Made by a program: the position numbers and the translations under genes
In this document: positions 57,283 to 64,000 of the stretch, piece by piece
Layout of the letters: every line of letters begins with the position of its first letter
How positions within the stretch are numbered: position 1 is the stretch's first letter
The notes under the pieces: generated by a model
Database searches by the model: none
Told to the model about the DNA's origin: nothing
The model's input: only the letters and a program-made list of their open reading frames with translations
NCBI GenBank assembly: GCA_017520825.1
Contig: JAFXEX010000005.1
Coordinates: forward strand, 15,431 to 79,430
Source: Clostridia bacterium
GTDB lineage: Bacteria > Bacillota > Clostridia > Oscillospirales > SIG627
Length of the DNA: 64,000 bases
Reading direction: 5' to 3'

Positions 57283-58473
57283 TTATTTGCCCTCTACTCC
57301 CAGCGCAAGGGCGAGGCCGTCGTAAACGAGATATACGTTTTCATCGTCGATAAGCTCTACCGAACGGTAGCTCCTTTCAGAATCGTACGTCTCAGAGCTC
57401 TTCGCCGATATATCTGTAACCGTAATATCCTCAACACCGAGAAGGAAAGCAAAGCTGTCCGACAGACACATATCCGTTATCTCGGAGTCCACGGTATATT
57501 CCATATAAGTATTTCCGTTTGCATCAAAGATAATCATTTTATGGGTTTTACCCACAAGGTTTTCGTTGAGAAGAAGCGCAGTCCATTCGCCTCCCACCTC
57601 AAATTTTCTGATAGCCTTTGAATTGAAGGAATAGTCGGAAAGCACCTCACCCGAGAGAGAAATTATTCTCAACGCCTTATCGGTCAGGCAGGCTATATTG
57701 CCTTCCGAATTAAAGACTGCCTTAAGCATCATTTCGGATTCAAAGGGAAGAGAGGCAAGCACTTGTGTGGAATCGGCTGACAGAATAATAAGCTCTGACG
57801 TGATATCCCCTGAAGGAGTATTTTTTACAGTACCAACTGCCATATAAATACTGTCGTCAAAATGTATATCGGCACACACCGAGTATTTATCCACGCTCTT
57901 CCAATTGAAGATATTTTCGAAGCTACTGTTATAAACCTTCAACGCTGAGGTGTGGTCCTTTGCGCCCGTCACTACGCAGAAATTACCCTTTTCGTCAAGA
58001 GCAACGTCGTAAACGGGGTAGTCGAAGGTCTGCTCCCAAAGCTTTGAAAACGAATTATATAACGCCACGTATTTTGCACCCAGATCGTAGACTGCGAAAT
58101 ATTTTTCGCCGATGGAAAGAGCAGGTGACGTTAAACCGTGAGAGCTGTCAAGAATTTCGGTAGATGACAGATCGTAAATCTTCAATGACGTTTTTGTAAG
58201 AACAACCAGGTCCTCCTTGAAGGAGCCGGTAACGGTTGCTGAATCCGATTCGAAGTTTATCTGAGTATTTTCATCGCTTCCAAAGGAAACGGGTCTTACG
58301 TTAACGTATTTCATAAGATAACGAAAATTCTCTACTGTAAGGTCTTCTCTGTAAAAAAATACGGCAAACACAACAAAAATTATAAGCAGAGTAACTATGA
58401 TATAGCGTGCCTTCTTTAAGCGTGAATGGGTATTTGAAAAGCCGTTTTCATTTTTGCCGTTATTTTCAGCCAT
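57283..58473 (-). CDS. Membrane-anchored beta-propeller-like protein (DUF5711-like)
   Basis: Single N-terminal TM followed by beta-rich repeats (YFAVYDLG); adjacent to CvpA. Confidence 0.65.
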   Translation of the reverse strand: MAENNGKNENGFSNTHSRLKKARYIIVTLLIIFVVFAVFFYREDLTVENFRYLMKYVNVRPVSFGSDENTQINFESDSATVTGSFKEDLVVLTKTSLKIYDLSSTEILDSSHGLTSPALSIGEKYFAVYDLGAKYVALYNSFSKLWEQTFDYPVYDVALDEKGNFCVVTGAKDHTSALKVYNSSFENIFNWKSVDKYSVCADIHFDDSIYMAVGTVKNTPSGDITSELIILSADSTQVLASLPFESEMMLKAVFNSEGNIACLTDKALRIISLSGEVLSDYSFNSKAIRKFEVGGEWTALLLNENLVGKTHKMIIFDANGNTYMEYTVDSEITDMCLSDSFAFLLGVEDITVTDISAKSSETYDSERSYRSVELIDDENVYLVYDGLALALGVEGK

Positions 58474-58488
58474 ATTTTCTCCTTAACT

Positions 58489-59217
58489 TCAGTAATTTAC
58501 TTTGAAGAGATAAAGTCCGTCGGGTGGAGCTGTAAAGCCTGCCACCGAACGCTCTCTCATCTCAATTATTTCGCGCATAGAGTGCTTTGCTCTGCCCAGA
58601 TTAAGGTCGATGAGCGTGCCTGTAATTATGCGCACCATATTGTACAAAAAGCCGTCTGCCGATATGGAAAAGGTTATAAGGTCGCCGTCTCTTTCAACAG
58701 ACGTGTTAAAGACGGTCCTGGTAGTATCAACTATTTTTGAGCCTGATGCCATAAAGGAGGCAAAATCGTGAGTGCCCACTAAATAAGCTGCATCCTCTGC
58801 CATCTTGTCAACGTCTAACTTCGTTCCGAATTTGTACGCCCTATGAGCAAGAAATGGGTCAGGTATATTGGTGTTCAGTATTTTATAGTGGTATTCCTTT
58901 GATTTGCAGTCGTATCTTGCATGAAAATCCTCCGGAACACACTCACACCCCTTTACTGCAACCGAGTCTGGTAACAAGGTATTCATTCCTCTTACTACGG
59001 CATCGGGGGGAATAGTGCGTTCCGTTTTTACGTTACAAACGTAATTATCAGCATGCACACCACTATCCGTTCGGCTACACCCCGTCACCGTAGCAGGAGA
59101 CGTGAAAAAGCTTTGAGCAGCTTCTGTCATTACTGCCTGTACCGTGGGAGCGTTCTTCTGAAACTGCCATCCACTGAAGGATGCGCCGTCAAAGGCTATT
59201 GTAAGCTTGTAATTCAT
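58489..59217 (-). CDS. truA: tRNA pseudouridine(38-40) synthase
   Basis: FDGASFSGWQ, SRTDSGVHA, FHARY, GFLYNMVR, APPDGLYL. Confidence 0.97.
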   Translation of the reverse strand: MNYKLTIAFDGASFSGWQFQKNAPTVQAVMTEAAQSFFTSPATVTGCSRTDSGVHADNYVCNVKTERTIPPDAVVRGMNTLLPDSVAVKGCECVPEDFHARYDCKSKEYHYKILNTNIPDPFLAHRAYKFGTKLDVDKMAEDAAYLVGTHDFASFMASGSKIVDTTRTVFNTSVERDGDLITFSISADGFLYNMVRIITGTLIDLNLGRAKHSMREIIEMRERSVAGFTAPPDGLYLFKVNY

Positions 59218-59225
59218 ATATTACC

Positions 59226-60050
59226 TCAAATGGCAAGCGCCGTTGAAATTCCGTTCAAAAGCACAACCACAAGGATAAACAACACGGAAAAAGCGAAAGC
59301 TACAGCGTCCTTTGACGAATATTTCAAAACTCTCATACGGGTTCTTCCCTCGTCTCCTCTATAGCAACGGCATTCCATTGCAACGGCAAGCTCGTCGGCA
59401 CGACGGAAGGCTGAAACAAACAAAGGAATAAGAATGGGAAGAAAAGCCTTCGCCTTATTTACCAAGCCCTTACTGTCAAAGCCTGCTCCCCTTGCCTTTT
59501 GTGCGCTGATTATCTTGTCCGTCTCCTCAAGAAGCGTGGGGATAAATCTCAACGCAATAGTCATCATCATAGCAAAATCGTGAACGGGAACGTGAAGCTT
59601 TTTCAATGGCTTGAGCAGTCGTTCGATTCCGTCGGTCAGGGTTATAGGAGAGGTAGTATAGGTGAGAAGCACCGATGATCCTATAATCAGAGATAGAATT
59701 CTGACTATCATAAAAACTGCGTTTACGATACCCTGCTTATAAATTTTTATGACGCCCCAATTAATAAGGGGTGCGTCGGTTGAGGTTGTGAGAAAAATAT
59801 TTATAACTGCCGTAAAGATAATCAATATCATTACCGGCTTTATGCTTCTTAAAACTATTTTGGCTGATATTCCGGACAAAGCCACAAGCACGATTGCAGT
59901 CACCAATAAAAACGTCAACGAAAAAAGATTTTTCGCCAGAAAAACGGTAACGACGTATATTAAAACAAGTATTATTTTTGTGCGTGGGTCAAGTCTGTGA
60001 AGTGCCGAATCGCCCGAAAAATACTGTCCGAGCGTTATATCTTTGAGCAT
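59226..60050 (-). CDS. ecfT: ECF transporter transmembrane component T
   Basis: LDPRTK, IALRFIPTL, AQKARG, AMECRCY. Confidence 0.95.
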   Translation of the reverse strand: MLKDITLGQYFSGDSALHRLDPRTKIILVLIYVVTVFLAKNLFSLTFLLVTAIVLVALSGISAKIVLRSIKPVMILIIFTAVINIFLTTSTDAPLINWGVIKIYKQGIVNAVFMIVRILSLIIGSSVLLTYTTSPITLTDGIERLLKPLKKLHVPVHDFAMMMTIALRFIPTLLEETDKIISAQKARGAGFDSKGLVNKAKAFLPILIPLFVSAFRRADELAVAMECRCYRGDEGRTRMRVLKYSSKDAVAFAFSVLFILVVVLLNGISTALAI

Positions 60051-60054
60051 CGTC

Positions 60055-60909
60055 TTACCTTTCTTTTAAAGCTTCAAGTATTTTTTCATACGCCTTATCA
60101 ACGGTATAAATTCCGTTTCCGTCAATAAGTCCGCGTTTTGTCAATTCCTCGGTAACTGCCGTAATCTGAGGTATATCCAATCCCGATTGCTTTATAACGT
60201 CAACACGCTGAAAGACCTGATCAACGGTTCCCGACGTGAGAACTTTGCCGTCCTTCATAACGATAATATCGTCAGCGTACAGAGCCATATCCTCCATACT
60301 GTGAGAAATCAGTATAACGGTGGAGTTATGACTGTCACGCCATTTTTTTATTCCGTTGAATATTTCGTCTCTGCCACGGGGGTCAAGACCTGCAGCCGGC
60401 TCATCCAATACGATTATATCAGGCTCCATTGCCATAATTCCGGCTATTGCTACTCTTCTTTTCTGACCACCGGATAACTCAAATGGGGATTTTTCAAACA
60501 GCTCCTCATCAACTCCGGCAAAGCTTGCTGCAGAGCGTACACGTCTGTCTATCTCGTTGGGATCAAGTTTCATATTTGACGGGCCGAAGGCGATATCACG
60601 CCATACGGTCTCCTCGAAAAGCTGATACTCGGGATACTGAAAAACCAAGCCCACACGGAAGCGAACCTTGGACACGTCACTTCCCTTCTCAAAGATATCC
60701 TGTCCGTCAAGAAGAACACGTCCAGACGTAGATTTCAAAAGCCCGTTGAGAAGCTGAGCTACGGTAGATTTTCCCGAGCCCGTATGCCCGATAATACCCG
60801 TTATTCTGTTTTCTTTAAATTCAATGCTTACGTTTGACAGCGCCTCTTTTTCAAAGGGAGTGTCGGGGCTGTAAACGTAGGACACGTTTTCAAGCGTTAA
60901 TTTGCTCAA
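60055..60909 (-). CDS. ecfA2: ECF transporter ATPase A2
   Basis: TPFE, GHTGSGKS, FQYPEYQLF, SPFELSGGQ. Probable TTG start 60909 with GAGGT RBS. Confidence 0.94.
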   Translation of the reverse strand: MSKLTLENVSYVYSPDTPFEKEALSNVSIEFKENRITGIIGHTGSGKSTVAQLLNGLLKSTSGRVLLDGQDIFEKGSDVSKVRFRVGLVFQYPEYQLFEETVWRDIAFGPSNMKLDPNEIDRRVRSAASFAGVDEELFEKSPFELSGGQKRRVAIAGIMAMEPDIIVLDEPAAGLDPRGRDEIFNGIKKWRDSHNSTVILISHSMEDMALYADDIIVMKDGKVLTSGTVDQVFQRVDVIKQSGLDIPQITAVTEELTKRGLIDGNGIYTVDKAYEKILEALKER

Positions 60910-60910
60910 G

Positions 60911-61765
60911 CTATTTACCTCGTTCAAAAAGCTTCATCAAAGCTCCTATGGTTTCTTCTTCAAAAAGTAAGCCTTCGGGAAGTTCAAAGCCGTCACGTCT
61001 CAGACGATATGCAAGATCGGTAACCTGAGGAACGTCAAGCTCTATTTCACGAAGCTTTTCCACCTGCGAGAACACCTCACGGGGATTGCCGTCCATTTCT
61101 ATACTTCCACCGTTCATAACCACGACTCTGTCGGCGTTTACTGCCTCGTTCATATAATGGGTAATAAGGATTACCGTCATACCTCTTTCCTTGAGCTTCA
61201 GGATAGTTTCAAGAACCTCTTTTCTGCCCTGAGGATCAAGCATAGCAGTAGATTCGTCGAAAATTATGCACTCGGGCTGCATAGCTATAATACCTGCTAT
61301 TGCAACTCTTTGCTTCTGTCCACCGGATAACTGCGAGGGGGAATGCTCCTTGTATTCACTCATCTTCACGCTTTCGAGCGCCTGGTCTACCCTGTGGCGA
61401 ATCTCAGAGGGCTCAACACCGAGGTTTTCGGGGGCAAAGGCAACGTCCTCTTCAACGGTGGTTGCAACTATCTGATTGTCGGGATTCTGAAAGACCATTC
61501 CCACACGGCGTCTTACGTCGAAAATCAGGTCCTCGTTGGAGGTATCCATTCCGTCAACGGTAACTCTTCCGTTCGTTGGAACGAGTATTCCGTTAAACAG
61601 CTTTGCAAGGGTTGATTTTCCCGAGCCGTTATGACCGATTATTGCAACGAAGCTCCCCTTCTCTATGGAAAGAGAAAGATTCTTTATAGCCTCGTGATGC
61701 TGTCCGTTCTGCTCCTCTGCCGAATAGTCAAAGGTTACGTTTTCAAGCTTTATAAACTCACTCAT
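60911..61765 (-). CDS. ecfA1: ECF transporter ATPase A1
   Basis: GHNGSGKST, FQNPDNQ, LSGGQKQR. ATG 61765 overlaps the upstream stop. Confidence 0.95.
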   Translation of the reverse strand: MSEFIKLENVTFDYSAEEQNGQHHEAIKNLSLSIEKGSFVAIIGHNGSGKSTLAKLFNGILVPTNGRVTVDGMDTSNEDLIFDVRRRVGMVFQNPDNQIVATTVEEDVAFAPENLGVEPSEIRHRVDQALESVKMSEYKEHSPSQLSGGQKQRVAIAGIIAMQPECIIFDESTAMLDPQGRKEVLETILKLKERGMTVILITHYMNEAVNADRVVVMNGGSIEMDGNPREVFSQVEKLREIELDVPQVTDLAYRLRRDGFELPEGLLFEEETIGALMKLFERGK

Positions 61766-62628
61766 TTTATCCACCTTGCCGTTGCTCCGCAGGGAAGCAC
61801 CAGACCCGTTGCCGTAACAGGCAATCCGATTTCATCGGACATTACCTTTCCTCCACGCTTCTTGCCAATCTTAAGAGATAAAAGATATGACATTGATGCA
61901 GGCTGGAGACCCGTCGTATAAGAATTAAGAATTACGAACAGAGGGTCGTCCGACAGTACCTTTTCGCAAAGCTCAAGAAAAGAGCCGATATTGTCTTCAA
62001 GCTTCCACATTTCACCCGTAGGACCTCTGCCATAGGAGGGTGGGTCGAGAATTATGGCATCGTATTTATTTCCACGCCTTATCTCTCTTTCCACGAATTT
62101 CGCACAGTCGTCTACGATATAGCGAATTGGCGCATCCGAAAGCCCTGAAAGCGCTGCGTTTTCCTTTGCCACTGCAACCATTCCCTTTGATGCGTCAACG
62201 TGACACACCGAGGCACCTGCAGAAGCGCAGGCTATAGTAGCGCCTCCCGTATAGGCAAATAAATTCAGCACCTTAATAGGTCTGTTTGCATTTCTTATGG
62301 TGTCCATTGCCCATTCCCAATTCACTGCCTGCTCGGGAAATACTCCCGTGTGCTTAAAGCCCATAACCTTGACGGAAAACTTCAACGCTCCGTAGTCAAT
62401 AGTCCATGCGCCGTTCATCTCACGGTTTTTTATATCCCACGCACCTCCACCGCTTTTTGAACGGTGGTATATTCCGTCGGCGCGCTTCCACATATTGCTG
62501 GATTTTACGTCCTTCCAGATTACCTGAGGGTCGGGGCGTTGGAGAATAAATTTGCCCCATCTTTCAAGCCTGAAAGAGTCCGAAGTATCAATAAGCTCGT
62601 AGCTTTTCCATTTATCTGCTATCCACAT
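61762..62628 (-). CDS. Class I SAM-dependent (RlmI/RlmK-like) methyltransferase
   Basis: RPDPQ, FKHTGVFPEQ, LNLFAYTGG, DPPSYG. Confidence 0.9.
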   Translation of the reverse strand: MWIADKWKSYELIDTSDSFRLERWGKFILQRPDPQVIWKDVKSSNMWKRADGIYHRSKSGGGAWDIKNREMNGAWTIDYGALKFSVKVMGFKHTGVFPEQAVNWEWAMDTIRNANRPIKVLNLFAYTGGATIACASAGASVCHVDASKGMVAVAKENAALSGLSDAPIRYIVDDCAKFVEREIRRGNKYDAIILDPPSYGRGPTGEMWKLEDNIGSFLELCEKVLSDDPLFVILNSYTTGLQPASMSYLLSLKIGKKRGGKVMSDEIGLPVTATGLVLPCGATARWIK

Positions 62629-62744
62629 AACGAAATCCTTCTCGATAGTTATTCTATGATATTATACTATACCACAAATCTCAGTATAAATCAACGGATT
62701 ATTGTAAAAATATAATATAGTTTTCCATCTTTTTTAAAAATCAC

Positions 62745-62773
62745 TTGAAAATATTTTTTATATATAGTAAAAT
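62745..62773 (+). promoter_or_regulatory. SigmaA promoter of the RluA gene
   Basis: TTGAAA-17-TAAAAT. Confidence 0.55.
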
Positions 62774-62796
62774 AGACGTTAGATAGGATTGATTTT

Positions 62797-63708
62797 ATGA
62801 AAATTACGGTAACTGATACCGAAAACGGACTGACTGTAAAGCAATATCTTGAAAAGCAGAAGTATTCCACCAGACTTATTTCAAGGCTGAAGGCGAAGGA
62901 GCGTGGAATCACAGTCAACGGAGAAAGAAAAACTGTAAGATGGGTACTGAAAGCAGGCGACCTGCTTGAGCTTGAGACGGAGGACTCACGTTCCTCTGAA
63001 AATATCACGCCCTGTCATATTCCCATAAACGTTCTCTACGAGGACGATTGGTTCATCGCAGTGGAAAAGCCGGCGCACCTCCCTATACACCCGTCCAGAA
63101 GACATACCGACGACACTCTGGCGTCACGGGTGATGGCTCATTTTGAGGGGCGCAATTTCGTCTTCCGTGTAATGACAAGGCTTGACCTTGATACAAGTGG
63201 GGTCGTGCTGATAGCAAAGGATAGCATAAGCGCAGCCAGATTTTCAAAAATGCTGGCAGAAAGAAGAGTACATAAGGAGTATATTGCTATCTGCGACGGG
63301 ATTTTTGAAGAAAAAAGTGGCATTATAGATTTTAACATCCGACGTAAAACGCCCTACGGAATGGAGCGTGAAGCAGTTGAAAGAGCTGACGGTAAAGGTG
63401 AAAGCTCTGCCGAGGGATGTGAAGCAGTAAGCGAATACCGTGTTATAAGGGAAGGCAACAACGTAAGCCTTGTGCGATTTACCCCCATAACGGGAAGAAC
63501 TCATCAGTTAAGAGTGCACGCACTTGCCATAGGTCACCCGATAATAGCAGATACTCTTTATTTTAAAGGGTCAAGCTATATTGACCGTCAAGCGCTTCAT
63601 GCCGAAAGTCTTACCTTTGTGCACCCCATGACCGAGGAAAGTATTACCGTCAGATGTCCTCTGTCGCAGGATATGAAGCTCTGTGAAAGGGAATTATTTG
63701 ATGAGTAA
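62797..63708 (+). CDS. RluA family pseudouridine synthase
   Basis: S4-like N-terminus, YEDD, KPA, RLDLDTSG (catalytic Asp), TGRTHQLRVH, QALHA. Confidence 0.95.
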   Translation: MKITVTDTENGLTVKQYLEKQKYSTRLISRLKAKERGITVNGERKTVRWVLKAGDLLELETEDSRSSENITPCHIPINVLYEDDWFIAVEKPAHLPIHPSRRHTDDTLASRVMAHFEGRNFVFRVMTRLDLDTSGVVLIAKDSISAARFSKMLAERRVHKEYIAICDGIFEEKSGIIDFNIRRKTPYGMEREAVERADGKGESSAEGCEAVSEYRVIREGNNVSLVRFTPITGRTHQLRVHALAIGHPIIADTLYFKGSSYIDRQALHAESLTFVHPMTEESITVRCPLSQDMKLCERELFDE

Positions 63709-64000
63709 AAAAGCCAAGGTATTTTTAATACTTTTCGCACTGTCAGTAGCACTCGGCGTAGCCTTTAAGGCTTCCGTTGACTTTTCGGAATTCTATACGG
63801 TGCGCATCTCCCCCATATTTAGAGTCCCCCTTTCCATGATATCCTCACTGCTTCCATTTTCACTTGCAGAGGCATTGGTTGTAATTCTTGCTTTTTTATT
63901 GGTGGTTACAGCGCTTTCGGGGCTCAAGATGGGAATATTAAGGCTTTTAAAAAAAGATGCCGTTTCCCATTTCAGTATATATTTAAAAATAGTTTTATAT
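63701..64000 (+). CDS. Membrane protein, DUF3810-like; 5' part only
   Basis: Manual translation MSKKAKVFLILFALSVALGVAFKASVDFSEFYTVRISPIFRVPLSMISSLLPFSLAE..., open to the window end. Confidence 0.6.
   Translation, partial: MSKKAKVFLILFALSVALGVAFKASVDFSEFYTVRISPIFRVPLSMISSLLPFSLAEALVVILAFLLVVTALSGLKMGILRLLKKDAVSHFSIYLKIVLY

Overview
Chromosomal segment of a low-GC Gram-positive anaerobe, most likely a spore-forming Clostridia member. That placement rests on sigmaA promoters, a T-box riboswitch, an ECF module, a SpoVB-like gene with a sigmaE-like promoter, and a Re-citrate synthase-aconitase-IDH operon. Most of the window is housekeeping: cls, pyk, hflX, rpmE, tRNA-Leu, thyA-folA, gltX-glnS, a complete V/A-type ATPase operon with Na+-type ligands, cysK, rubrerythrin, thrS, ccdA/TlpA, RqcH, TrmK, a Clp ATPase, truA and ECF genes. 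A 5' partial GH106-like glycosidase missed by the ORF track runs off the left edge. Four things stand out. (1) An AT-rich DeoR/polyol-dehydrogenase/epimerase cassette with no recombinase sits inside the loop of a terminator, with a 15-bp duplication and TTAAGGACAG/CTGTCCTTAA inverted ends. (2) A second terminator-like inverted repeat is split by a ~340-bp insert that carries a highly ordered CGATAT/ATATCG multi-hairpin element and similar end motifs. (3) Three tandem metallophosphoesterase paralogues form an operon, two of them fused to N-terminal rubredoxin-like domains. (4) A full-length P-type ATPase homologue has lost essentially every catalytic motif. No database searches were possible, so all product calls come from motif recognition and gene context.
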